This document shows, one piece after another, positions 34,400 through 45,800 of a DNA stretch of 52,452 nt (positions within the stretch are counted from its first letter, which is position 1; each line of letters starts with the position of its first letter). The translations under genes and the position numbers were made by a program. This stretch comes from a virus. Its lineage: Duplodnaviria; Caudoviricetes. The notes under the pieces are model-generated. The model was not told the DNA's origin, made no database searches, and saw only the letters and a program-made list of their open reading frames with translations. Where the stretch lies: positions 1 through 52,452 of IMG/VR virus record IMGVR_UViG_3300010358_000003; one strand, written 5' to 3'.

Positions 34400-36328
34400 T
34401 CAGCTTAAAGCAATTAACGGATCAAGGTAATAGGTTTGAGAAGCGCGTCCAAATTTAGGATAAACATACAAATATCCAACCTGCGCAGGCTGCGGACTCG
34501 AAAGCGTGACGGTCATCGAGAACCGACATCCAGCACGGAAAGTAGCACCACCGTCGGTCACCGAACCACCATCGACCGCGCTCGCATAGCCGCCAGGCTC
34601 AGAGGCCGCACTCGTGCCTGCTGTTGTGCAAAAGAAAATACGACCAGGGTTCGACGCCAGCTTGGTCACATTACCAACCACATAAGCATGACTATTGACT
34701 CGCGCCGTTGCTACCGTGTCCCATGCCGAGGTATCGGCCGTGAGCGCAGTACCAGCTGCAAGCACGCCAGGAAAATTAGTGACGATCGATCCTTGCGGCG
34801 AGGCTGTCGAACCGAGATATTCAACATCAGCCCAAACCTCGGCATTGGTCGGCACGCGAGTGTCATTAGCAACACCGTAAAGTGTGACATTGCGATTAGT
34901 GCCGGTAACAGCGTTCCATATTGCCAGCGGGATAGCGGGAAAAGACCATCCTGCTGGAGCGAGATTGACTGCCGAAAGACTGGTAGTGGTAGTAATCTGA
35001 TGACTGACCGGCGTCGCCCCATCTTGTGCGCCGGTGGTTCTTGCGACACTCGTCGAGGTCGTCTCATCACCAGTACTGTGGTGCCGCTCGTTGCGGTAAG
35101 CTGTACCGCCCGAGTCGCATCGGTTATAGTCAAGCGTCAGTCCCATAGAAGCTATGCCGGTACCGTTGAAATTCACCACCCCCGGTGCCAGCTTGCAATC
35201 CTTGATGACGATAGAAGGTACTGAGGCTGTATAGGCAACAAGAGCGCCTGTCACCGAACTCAAGTCACATCCTTCGACAAGAACCGGACCTGTAGAAGAG
35301 TAGGCGCTAAACAGCACGCCGTTAAACGTGCCGATCATCGTGCACCCCTTCAAAGTCAGGGGTCCAGTACCTATGGCCAGATTGGCCGTAGAGGAGTTAA
35401 AAGTGCAACGAAGAAAATCAAGCGGCCAACCTCCTTGTCCTTGCACGCCAAGATCAATGACAGAACCTGCGCAAGTAAAAGTACATTGTTCGAATTTAAG
35501 CCTGGCCGCCCCATATTGAACCCAGACCTGACCAACCCCCGTCTTGAGAAACTGCACGCCGTAAACGTAAGCCGTAGTACTACCAGTGCTGAATATAATG
35601 AAACTACCGGTACTGGAGTCGGTAATGGTAGCAGAGGTCTTAAGATTAGCAACTCCCGGTGGAACCGCAACAGTGTGGTCCACACACAAAATGGAGCAAC
35701 TACCTCCACTATTCACGATCGTGATGGCGGAGGCTTGCGTCTCGGCATGATCATCGCCAACGAAAATTATTTGTCCACTGATGCTCAGCCAGTTGGTCGT
35801 GCTGGCATTCGCCAACCGGGCGTGCGGTGCTTTCCACGTCCCCGAGAAACCACTGATCGCGCCGAGCGAGGTCCACGTCACCGTATTGTCAGCGGTGGTC
35901 GCACCAGCTGTCGTATTCCACGTCGGCTCCGACGCTCCCATCGTTCCGGCCGTGGTGCAAATAAAGTAGGTATTCGCCGCGCCGTTCTTGATCAACGCAC
36001 CAAGCGTGACCGCGGTAGCAACCGCCCTGGCTGCAGCCCAATTCTGCGTGTTGGTCGAGTCGCCATTCAGCGCGGCAAGGCCCGTCGCTTCCTGCCAGTG
36101 CGCCGTCCCGTCGATCGGCTGAATCGCTCCACGGGTGAATGTCCACACCGGCTCGGTCGAGCCCGACGTCCCCGGCGCAGTGCAGACGTAACACCGCTCA
36201 TTACCGACGGCCGGCACCGTGAGTGGACGTCTGATATTACCAACCGTATAGACAGTCGTCGCCGCCCACTGGGCGACAGCCGTGTACTGTGCCGAGTCGC
36301 AATAGTTGGCGAGATCATAATAAGCCAT
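34400..36328 (-). CDS. Tail fibre/spike-like protein
   Basis: 642 aa, T/G/S-rich; three CTxxGTxxxxEP modules; central beta-helix-like region. Confidence 0.7.
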   Translation of the reverse strand: MAYYDLANYCDSAQYTAVAQWAATTVYTVGNIRRPLTVPAVGNERCYVCTAPGTSGSTEPVWTFTRGAIQPIDGTAHWQEATGLAALNGDSTNTQNWAAARAVATAVTLGALIKNGAANTYFICTTAGTMGASEPTWNTTAGATTADNTVTWTSLGAISGFSGTWKAPHARLANASTTNWLSISGQIIFVGDDHAETQASAITIVNSGGSCSILCVDHTVAVPPGVANLKTSATITDSSTGSFIIFSTGSTTAYVYGVQFLKTGVGQVWVQYGAARLKFEQCTFTCAGSVIDLGVQGQGGWPLDFLRCTFNSSTANLAIGTGPLTLKGCTMIGTFNGVLFSAYSSTGPVLVEGCDLSSVTGALVAYTASVPSIVIKDCKLAPGVVNFNGTGIASMGLTLDYNRCDSGGTAYRNERHHSTGDETTSTSVARTTGAQDGATPVSHQITTTTSLSAVNLAPAGWSFPAIPLAIWNAVTGTNRNVTLYGVANDTRVPTNAEVWADVEYLGSTASPQGSIVTNFPGVLAAGTALTADTSAWDTVATARVNSHAYVVGNVTKLASNPGRIFFCTTAGTSAASEPGGYASAVDGGSVTDGGATFRAGCRFSMTVTLSSPQPAQVGYLYVYPKFGRASQTYYLDPLIALS

Positions 36329-36332
36329 TACT

Positions 36333-36767
36333 TTACGACTCGGTGATGGTCGTGCCTGTCGTGAGCTGCGGCGCCACGCCAGACGTCACGGAGAGAGACG
36401 GCGTGATTGGTCCGCGATAGAGTATCTTGCCGGTCCCACTCGCTCCAGTACCGATTGCAACGAAAGTTTCCGTCTCGCTACCACCAGTCGCCGTCGGGAA
36501 AACAACCGCCGCCGTCAACGTCGCCGATGTGCCGGATACCGTAAAACCGGCGCTTGTCCTGGCAACCGCCTGTCTGGCGTAACCCGTATAAGTCGCTTCG
36601 CTGGTAGTCTGATTACCGCCGACACCGGGATCAGCCGTGTGCAACGACACATACAAATTGGTAAACGGCGCCGATGCCGCGTTGTCCGCAATATTGGCGA
36701 TCGCCACACCGTTCAAAATCAACTTGAGCAGATCATTGTCGAACGTATTCGCCTTGCCACCGGCCAC
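36333..36767 (-). CDS. Small tail-associated structural protein
   Basis: LYVSLHTADPG...YTGYARQAV...FP; paralog of 50774..51211. Confidence 0.75.
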   Translation of the reverse strand: MAGGKANTFDNDLLKLILNGVAIANIADNAASAPFTNLYVSLHTADPGVGGNQTTSEATYTGYARQAVARTSAGFTVSGTSATLTAAVVFPTATGGSETETFVAIGTGASGTGKILYRGPITPSLSVTSGVAPQLTTGTTITES

Positions 36768-36779
36768 ATCAGCCTCCTA

Positions 36780-37322
36780 TCATGCTGAAGCTGCTGTAAA
36801 GGTATACGTGAGCTGGAGTATGTCAGAATTGACCACCGATTTCGGCGAACCGAACTGCGCACCCGAGAACAGCGTGCCGCTGGTACCGTTGATCGCCGAG
36901 GACGAGATCAAGAAAGCCCCGTAGACCGTCAAGCTGGCAGTGAAGGTGAACGATGCCTGCGTTGCCGAGTTGGTGATTGACTGACTCACGGGCGGCGCCG
37001 AACTCCAGGTCTGCCGGACCCCAGCCGTGTACTGCGTCACCTCACCGGCATTAGCCGAGATCGTCGCCGCTGTATCGCTTGCCAGAATGGTATAGTTGTT
37101 AGAAAAGAGCGCAATGTACCACGCGGTCACCGCCGACTGAGCGCCGAGCGCAGCTCCCAGGAGATAGTTAAGTCCCTGATTGACAACGATGTTCTCGATC
37201 TCGAACTCGTCGATCACCCGCCTGGCCCGGATGATCTTTCCACGAATGCGCCCACCTAGATCGATCTTGGTCCTAGGCAGCAGCAATCGCCGATCGGGAA
37301 CCAGCAGCGGCTTCGGCAACAT
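36780..37322 (-). CDS. Small virion structural protein
   Basis: AAGGAGG SD before ATG 37322; NIVVNQGLNYLL...WYIALF...GAFL...GTLFS. Confidence 0.75.
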   Translation of the reverse strand: MLPKPLLVPDRRLLLPRTKIDLGGRIRGKIIRARRVIDEFEIENIVVNQGLNYLLGAALGAQSAVTAWYIALFSNNYTILASDTAATISANAGEVTQYTAGVRQTWSSAPPVSQSITNSATQASFTFTASLTVYGAFLISSSAINGTSGTLFSGAQFGSPKSVVNSDILQLTYTFTAASA

Positions 37323-37337
37323 GGAAGGTCCTCCTTC

Positions 37338-37736
37338 ATGAGCATCTGGCAAAGTGGCACTTTCTATATCGGCGAGACCTGGACCATTGCCGGCCATGTT
37401 CGGGACGCCAACGGCGCCATCGTCGACCTCACCGGCGCCACCATACAGTTACGCATCACACTGGGCAATTCGGTGATCTTTGACCTAGTCGGTGTGATCA
37501 TTCCGCCTCCTAGTGCAGGCGCCTATCAGTTCGAAATCACCCCTGCTCAGCAGGCCCAGGCCAACCTGGCCTTAACCACTTACCGGTACGAGGTCCGGGC
37601 CACGCTCGCCGACGGGACCGTGACCGTCCAGAACGTGGGCGAAATCACCATTGTCCCCTCCAAGTTCGTCAATTTCCCAGTCCCAACAAGCATTACCCTA
37701 GTCGAGCAGATGTCCATCGGGGCGAGCCATACCTAG
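37338..37736 (+). CDS. BppU N-terminal-like (Ig-like) virion protein, opposite orientation to its module
   Basis: GET...VRDANGAIVDLTGAT...YRYEV...G.I.I pattern; no comparable ORF on the - strand here. Confidence 0.65.
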   Translation: MSIWQSGTFYIGETWTIAGHVRDANGAIVDLTGATIQLRITLGNSVIFDLVGVIIPPPSAGAYQFEITPAQQAQANLALTTYRYEVRATLADGTVTVQNVGEITIVPSKFVNFPVPTSITLVEQMSIGASHT

Positions 37737-38719
37737 ACGATCACCTCACTGCCAGCCGCCAAAATTTCATCGATCTCCAAGAACAACGTCTCGGCTTCGG
37801 GAACGATCTGGACCTCCATACGGCCGATCGGGCCCCAGTGCTTGCGCAGATTGCGGATGCCGACTGCCGCGCTTTCCACGGCGAAGGCCGGGCAGCTCTT
37901 CGACAGCGCCTGGAACTCCGCGCCCGTCCCACTACCATAGTTCTCCCAGTCATCGCCGCTGCAGCTCACGCCATCCTCGAACGCCTTCAGCTGACATTGA
38001 GGCTCCGGGGCCTCCAGCGCATGACGGTACTCGTCAAAGAGCGTCTCCGCGTCAGTCGCGCACGCGCGGTAGTTCCAGCTGGTCTGAAAAAGCCCGGCCT
38101 CGCAGGTGTCGCTCTGGACGTTATCCGCAGTCTGGTCGCGACCGCAGCAATGCTTGCCCGAACTCTCGCGCATCCCGAGCCCGAACAAAAACACAAACAC
38201 CGCTCGCAGCACGGGACGACCAGGGAGACCAGTCTGCATACCGATCTTCATGAACTGGTCGCGATAGAGCGCGAGCGCATCGTGCTCAGTATCACCCGTA
38301 ATATCAGCCTTGGCGATCTCGTGCATCGTCATGTCGCCACGCTCGAGCTTGCGGACGCACGTGGCATAGGCTAGCGCCATGCCCTTGGTATAGGCCAACG
38401 GGGCGACGCCACGATCGTCCCAGATCAGATCAGAGACGTCGCTCTCGGCCGCCGCCGTCTCGATCTCGGCGATCACATCGGATGCCAGCGGCTCGAGCAT
38501 CGGTGCCGGGTAAGGCCCCAAGTCGTAGACCTCGGCGAGCTTCTCCCACGTCTCCGGCCCGACGACACCGTCATTGGCCAGATTGTGATCATCCTGGAAT
38601 TTCTTCACCGCCTTCTCAGTCTCGGGACCGAACGTGCTGTCCAAGTTACACCCCAGGCATTCCTGCACAAGCAACACCAGCGAGCCGTAGTCACCGTCTT
38701 GAATGGTCGGCCGGTCCAT
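37733..38719 (-). CDS. Endolysin: peptidoglycan-binding domain + lysozyme-like catalytic domain
   Basis: FGPETEKAVKKFQ...DGVVGPETW (PG_binding_1); MRESSG...EAGLFQ catalytic-type motifs. Confidence 0.8.
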   Translation of the reverse strand: MDRPTIQDGDYGSLVLLVQECLGCNLDSTFGPETEKAVKKFQDDHNLANDGVVGPETWEKLAEVYDLGPYPAPMLEPLASDVIAEIETAAAESDVSDLIWDDRGVAPLAYTKGMALAYATCVRKLERGDMTMHEIAKADITGDTEHDALALYRDQFMKIGMQTGLPGRPVLRAVFVFLFGLGMRESSGKHCCGRDQTADNVQSDTCEAGLFQTSWNYRACATDAETLFDEYRHALEAPEPQCQLKAFEDGVSCSGDDWENYGSGTGAEFQALSKSCPAFAVESAAVGIRNLRKHWGPIGRMEVQIVPEAETLFLEIDEILAAGSEVIV

Positions 38720-38723
38720 TTGT

Positions 38724-39857
38724 TCATGGTCCCTTATTTGGGAACCCCGAGCCACGAATGATCGTAACGTCAAGGTAATCCCCGATCGCCGCCGTCGCCG
38801 TCGGCGAACCTGCATTCTGCAATGTAGCGACGTACTGGTTCACGCCATCCTGCCGACGGTACAGTGCCGCGGCGCCGACCGACTCAGGAAAAATGTACTT
38901 GGGTTCTGTGATGTTGAGCGTATGACCGCCAGACGAACCGATGCAGACCCCCTTGGTTGTCATGAACATAATCGACACCTCGACCGGAGTTGTCGCCGTC
39001 ATTGGTACTTGAGGCGGGTTCGCCAGCTCGGAAGGAATGTCCACCATAGAACCTGGGATCACGCCGCTGTCCATGACCCGCGTACGCTTCATCTCGGCAA
39101 ACGTCGGTCCAGTCAGGAACCAAAGAGCCTCTTTCGTCCCTACATAAATTCCATCTTGAACCGTCCCGATCATGGTAAGGTCGGCCTCGAACAGCTTGTA
39201 TCCGGCCGTCTTATCCACAAAATTATACAACCACAACTCAGTCGCCCACAGCGTCGGACCCTGCCCAAGATACAATCGACCATTGTAATGAGACATGCAC
39301 GTCGCATATGGCGGCTGGCTCAAAAGCCGCCCGGCAACTGGCGGCAGCGTCTCCGTCGGATTGACCACCGGCGAAAGCCAGAGGTCGGTCGGATCGCCCC
39401 ACGATTCCCAGCTACGCGCGGGGATGTTCACTATGCCACGATCGACTTGGCTCACATAGTAGACCTGGTCTCCAACCTGCGCATAAACCAACGGCAACAT
39501 GCCGGCGCTCGGATTTGTGCCGATCGGCACCAAATCGTCGTATGAATAATCAGGATTGATGATGCTGAGATTCCCATTGACCACTCCCAACACCACCCCC
39601 TGATACGACGTGAACAATGAATGCACATTACCAGGGAGCTTTAGCACGTAACCACGCCGTCGGGATGGCTGACCGCTATCGTCCAGCACAATGTTCCTGG
39701 CACGCACTAAATCCTTGTCACCTAGTCTCTCGGGCTGCAGCGTATTTTTCAACCCGTCCCAACTGCTCAGAACTTTGCCAACCTCGGCCGGCGCCGGCAA
39801 CGGCGTTTGAGACTGCTCGACAGCTTGGAGGTTCGCCCGAGATCGCACTACCATCAC
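38724..39857 (-). CDS. Virion structural protein (tail nozzle/beta-rich, tentative)
   Basis: 377 aa; GLKN...A.NI.LDDSG...RRRG; beta-strand-rich. Confidence 0.6.
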   Translation of the reverse strand: MMVVRSRANLQAVEQSQTPLPAPAEVGKVLSSWDGLKNTLQPERLGDKDLVRARNIVLDDSGQPSRRRGYVLKLPGNVHSLFTSYQGVVLGVVNGNLSIINPDYSYDDLVPIGTNPSAGMLPLVYAQVGDQVYYVSQVDRGIVNIPARSWESWGDPTDLWLSPVVNPTETLPPVAGRLLSQPPYATCMSHYNGRLYLGQGPTLWATELWLYNFVDKTAGYKLFEADLTMIGTVQDGIYVGTKEALWFLTGPTFAEMKRTRVMDSGVIPGSMVDIPSELANPPQVPMTATTPVEVSIMFMTTKGVCIGSSGGHTLNITEPKYIFPESVGAAALYRRQDGVNQYVATLQNAGSPTATAAIGDYLDVTIIRGSGFPNKGP

Positions 39858-42800
39858 TGCACCGGTATGTTGCCGTAGCGCAGCGCTCCGCGCTCGCCGA
39901 TATCCCGCGGTGTCACTCCGATCGGCAGGCCCATACCACGCGCGTACGCTGACGCGCGCATGTGCGTCGCAAGCTCACGTCCGAAGCTGGCTTGCGGCGG
40001 CATCAGCCCTGGGTGATCGATCTGCCACTTACCAGCCTCGTTCATCCAGTCATTGAACATCCCCCTGTCACCTCGCATATATGCCTGCTCCAAGTGCCGG
40101 ACAATGTTCGACGAGTTCAACTCCCGCATAGTCGTCAATCCCTGAGACTCTCTCCGCACCTCCTCGTATTCGGCGTATTTACCTGGATCGAGTCCCATAA
40201 ACGTTTTTGCAATATCCCAACCGTTCGCCGTAATCGGCAGCGGCTGTCCAGTCAAATTGTTGACAAACCCACGCTCACCGAGTCGCCAAGCCTCCAGAGG
40301 CGCCTTCAAAATTTCCGGTGCCGCCTTAATCCCACCATTGAGATAGTCGCCATTCATAAAATCACGCGCCATCGAAACAACGTTAAACAAATCACCAACT
40401 CCGGCACCACCCATCGATTTGAACCAATCGCGCTCCTTGTCCTCAAGCTTACGTTTCTCAAACATATAGGTGAGGCTCGACGTCCCAGGTACAATCCCCG
40501 CCTCGCCGAGATGCGCAAGGTCTATTCCGACTGCGCGCGGCAATCCACGAGCTATGATCTCGCCCATGTCCTTGCCCATCAAATCGGACATCCAACTCCG
40601 AAATGCCGCTGTTAAATCCCAATCATCTCGGTTAGTCGCCAGGTTCAACACCTGATCAAAAACCGAAGACGCCAACGACAACAACGGTAGCCCCAACACA
40701 CCAGCAAACATCGTAGTTGCGGCGCCATGACCGATCAACCATCGTTTTGCTTCCGCACTCGCTTGTTCATTGCCCTTAAAATAATCATGAACCTCCTGGT
40801 AAATCTTACCAGTCATACGAATTTGCCAGCCCATAAACTGGTTGATCAATGGTGAGTATGCACCAAAGTTACCACCACGTGAGGTCTGTCGTGCATTGAG
40901 ACTGGCATCCCAATTCCCCTGGCTGTCGTTGATCGCCCGATCGACGAACCGCTCGACCGGCATTTGTACGCCAGTCTTCGGGTCTATGTACCCAGTCTTC
41001 GCATAAAGATCATGTGCTGCTAAACCCGTTACTAACCTTGGGAAAAGCTCGGCGTAGAGCCCCATGGCATTCGCCGCCTTCAACATCGTATTCGGAATGA
41101 CGTGTCCCAGATTCGAATGCTCGGTCATCTGCGTTGAGTACATGGCTGTTCCCATGACCCCACGCGACACCATCCCCATGACCTTATCGACATCTTGAGC
41201 GGTGATCCCGAGACTTTTTGCATAATCTGTTTCCAGTGCATCGCGCGTAATCCCGGCCGTATTCCAATCCGGGCTAGCCATAATTGCCTTGACGATCGCA
41301 ATTGCTTTACCACCGTTATTCCACATAGCCTTTGCTGCCATTCCGTAGCCGTGCGTCTTGGCAAGCTCTGGATAGGCGGTCGTCATCAGCTGTGACATCA
41401 GCGTCAGAAAATACACAGGCGACGAACCAACATGGATGGTATGCGAAAGATGCCGGATCGCATCGAGCATAGTCGGCGGCACGTAGGTCGACCTGAGTCG
41501 CTCGCGCAGCATCAACTCACTTACAGCCTGCGAAGCCGCGAGCGCTGTGTTGGTACCAGGCTGCGTGTGGTTGAGATCATGAACCTCATTCGCCATCTGC
41601 TTCGACAGTATGCCGACCTCATCTGCCATCGTTATACGCCCAAGGCTACGGCTCATGACCTGAGAAGCATAATTTGCACTCTCCGACATGTCCCTGCTGA
41701 AACCTTGGACGTTGGCCCGCCGCGTCATTAGCCGGCCGATCGAGTTCTCAGCCATCGTGTTCAACAAGGTGCGCTGCAAATCCGCGACTTGATTCCCGAA
41801 CGCCTCGTTCATCTGTTCTGTAGTGCCCTCATCAACTCCTTCCAAATCTTTCGGCCGGCTAGCTATCATCTCCCCAACAGCTCGCCGCATGGCCGCTGGA
41901 GCAATCGTTTCAAACACATGGGTCGCCTCACCGGCACCGACGTCTTTTTCTCCTTGCGATAGGAGACCCTTATTCTGCGCCTCCTTCACCACCTTGGTCA
42001 GCTCGCGCATCTCAGAAGGACTCTTCACGCGCGTGTACATTGTGTTGTTTTCGCCGTTCAACATAAGCGCAATATTATGAAACCCATTAGCGTCCAGATG
42101 TTCGTTGAACTGAGCGAGTTTTTCCTTGTCGATACTCCCATCCGGATTAGTAAACAGCTTGGCAGTAATAAAATAATTACCATCACGGCCGAGATGAAAG
42201 TACGGTGCTTTCGCCGCTGCATCGCGCCGATTCTGTACCTCATCAAGAATGGCGTTGGTCTTACCAACCTTGTCCTTTATATCAGCGCGTTGATCTCTCA
42301 GGTCTTGCAATTCTTTAATATAGTCCTCTCCCGATGTCTTACCCTCTTTACGCAAAGAAGCTATTGTCGCCTCTTTGACCTCAATCGCCTTATCAAGCGG
42401 CACCTCCGTACCACCTACCATCACCTTCGTGTTGGCTAGCTTATCACGATATTCGCTCAAAGATTTCTGCTTGGCAGTAACAGCGTCTTTGAAAAATTTC
42501 TCTGTCTTAGTCGGATCGGTATGTATGTCAGTGCGCTGATCAAAATCTTTGAACACATCCCGCATATTATACCCAGGACCAAGCACCCGCTCCGCCGTCT
42601 GCAGTCGATCCGTCAAAACAGCATGTAAATCCGCTGACGCTTTCGCTCGCAACGCCTCGTAAACTTTCTCACCGCCGCTCATAGGATCGACCTTACCGGT
42701 CACCGAATCAACTATACGAGTCATAGTTTTTAGCTGATCCCATTTATCCGCAAGCTCCTGATATATCTTCAACCGGCCAGGAGTATCCTGGATATCCTGC

Positions 42801-45800
42801 GGCGCAGGCTTCCTCGGGTCCATCCCATAAAAAGTTGCGTCAGCCATAATACTATGCACCAAGTCTTTTCCGTCTTCAGAAAGCGTATTAACCAGAGTAC
42901 GCGCCATCTGACTGCCTTTGTACAACGCACCTTCTCGAGCTTCTCCTCTCGATAGCGCTTCGAGATACGGCCGCATCGACGCAATCGCATCACCATACAG
43001 TTGACCAAGACGATAACTATCGGTCCAGCCAAACGAACCCTTACGAATAGCGTTCCTCATATCAAAACCGCCAGCACTTGCGCCCGCCCTGAACGCATTC
43101 GCTAGCTGCTGGATTGTCGATTCCCGAGCCTGATCACCAGCATTAGCTGACGCTTTCGATCCAAGATTTCTGGCAAAGCTGTCAGGTCCCACATAAGCAT
43201 CGTTCGGAAACTGATCTCGTTCCTTTATCAGATCATCACCCAACGACATGATGCGATCAAATGCGTTATACAATCTTGGATCTAAACCAAGAGCACTACG
43301 CCCAGCATCGATAAGCCGGTCCCAGAGGCTCGTGCCTTGCACGAACTTTGATTTCAAGAAATCGCGGTAGACCGAATTGGCAAATGCTTCAGACACCATT
43401 TCATGTGCGTCGGTGATCCCAGCCTGGTCACCCGTACTCTTGAGCTGCTCGTAGATGCCATGCATCTCCTGCGCCGCGGCGCTAGTGCCATCCAACACCT
43501 TGTGAAAGACCGAGTGCGCCGCTTCATGGAGCGTCGTCGCTACGGCGCTCCCCGCGTTGTACAGCATCGAGGTTTTTGATTTCGGGAAATACTCACCCTC
43601 TTTATCAAGAACGTCATCTCGAAAACCTGTTTTTATGTCTTTCGGCATAGCCTGATAAAGCTTCGCAGCAAGTCCAGCTTCTTCTGCGTCAGGTGTATTC
43701 TCAATGATATGACCGACAGCATCATGTAACAAAACACCACGTAGATGCTGATCAGTCACATCGGCAGCGAGCTGCGACACCGACAATCCATCTCGCGAAG
43801 CAATGACCCTAGCACGCGATCCTGGATCATCTTCAATACTATTCTTTTGAAGCCACTGAAGCACCGGCTCATGCTGCGCCCCAAGATAATTACTCACCGC
43901 CTTGCCTTGCGACACGCTACCTTTCAATTTACGAAGACCAATACCAAGTGTTTCAGGATCGTTTGCCAAAACTCTGGCTAACGCTTCCGGCCCAGGTGGC
44001 GCTTTCGTGATACTCGCCAACCAGTCCGTATGCGCTTGGTACGCCGCGGCCACATCTGGGCGATTTATATCTAACTTTGACCCTAACTCCTTCAACTTTT
44101 GCCGCGCAGCGGATAGCGCCTTCTCAATATCGATCTCCGGTGCCTGCACCGCGTCAGAACGCGGCGTTGGCTCCAAGTCGGGAGACACATGACCCCCAGG
44201 CCGCTGCGCCATCGCCGCAGCTTCATCCTGCAAGCGCTTAGCCCGGACATTAGCCTTCTCAGCCAGACCTGGATTGTTATCGGCCAGCAGCGACATCTTG
44301 ATTACTGTCTCTGCTTCATCGTTCAACCGCTTCTTGGCAGGAGACTCAGGAAGCTTATCGGCCACAGCTTGAGCGCCATTGACCGCGGCCAGGCGATCCT
44401 CTGCCGTCTCGATCGGCGCTTTATCGGTAACTGGAGTTGCAGGCGTCCCCTTCGGCCCACCTATACCCTCACGAATACCGTCACTATAAGCCTGCCGCTG
44501 TTCAGGCGTACCACTTGTCAAGATTTCAGAGCCAGCAGCAGCCTTAGTCCCTAGCAAGCCCTTTCGTACGTCATTGATGCCAGCATCACGCGCAGATTGA
44601 AGATCAGGTGCAGGCGCAGGTGCAGGCGCAGGTGCAGGCGTAGGCGTAGGCGTAGGCGTAGGCGTAGGCGTAGGCGGCGCTCCAGGCTCAGGCGGCGGTT
44701 GCTGTGCTTCGGGACGAAACTCTGGGCGGAGCTTCGTCCCATCCTCTGTCAGGAGATCGAACGCCTTACCGAAGGTCTTCAGCCCCGCTCTCAATTTCCT
44801 GTCACCATTCGCAACAAGTTCAGCAAGTAGTTGCTGCTTTGCTGCAAACCATGATTCGGGTGACGCTGCCGCTTGCGCCAATACCTCATCAGAACCCTTC
44901 TGAAGGAACCTACCCGTGAAATCTAGAACAGGCGGCTGAGCAGCGGGTACAGCACCCACAGCAGGAGCGCCCACAGCAGGAGGCTCACGGGGAGGGCCAC
45001 CAAGAACTCCCGCAGGAGCTTTCTCAGATCCAAGTGGCACCTCCGGTGCAGGCGGTGCAACTCCCGCTGCTCGTCGCTCGAATTCCTGTCCCAACATTTC
45101 AGAAGCGCGCAACATTGCTTCATCTTGCGGATTAATAGCCAGATTCTCTTGTACAGCATGAAAACGTGTCATCAATTCCTGAGGCGACATACCTTGCAAC
45201 GGTATGGTTTCTCTAGTCGCTGGCGGCGGCAATAACCCTTGCGGCGGAGGTTCTGCAGCTTTCGCAGCTGCTGTCGCCGCTTCTCGTCGCTGCATCTCCG
45301 CATTAAGCAACCGAAGCTCTTCAACAGTAGCCTGTGTCCGATGCTCACGCATCAAAGTATCTATGCGCCCAAGTATCTCACCACTCGGCACACCCTGTAA
45401 CGGCGAAGGCATCTCGATTGGTGTTTCACCCGGCCGGTATGTTATCTGCGGTGGTCCTGCGGGCGGAGCTGTAGGCGGCGGCTCAGCTTCAGGTGGCTGT
45501 GCTGCAGCTGCATTCCGCCGCTTCACCTCTTCATAGAGTCTCCCAAACTTATAATCAGCTTCTGTCTTACCCTCTGGTGTCCGCTGTGGAGCCAAATCAT
45601 TTAAACGACGCATCAACTCTTCAGGAGGCAAACTCTCAATCGGTATCCATAGCTGCTTAATCGGATCAGTTGCCTTCACCAAATCAACATCACCAGGCGG
45701 CGTAGCAACATTTTTATGAAGCGCACCAGCTACACCACCCATGAGCGCGCCGAGCCCTGCACCGCCCAAAGCCTGACTCACGATCTCAGACGCTCGATCC

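Noticed and set aside
32778-36328. Diversity-generating retroelement or invertase-driven tail switching
   Set aside because: No reverse transcriptase, invertase or TR/VR pair is visible in the window; the repeats are short in-frame protein repeats.
30130-39545. Long + strand ORFs antisense to structural genes (e.g. 30130..30933, 34436..35224, 35435..36346, 38703..39545)
   Set aside because: These are Arg/His-rich antisense shadows of GC-rich genes with no motifs, unlike 37338..37736, which has no opposing gene.
44597-44830. Poly-Arg protamine-like ORF
   Set aside because: It is the antisense reading of the Pro-Thr/Pro-Ala linker repeat.
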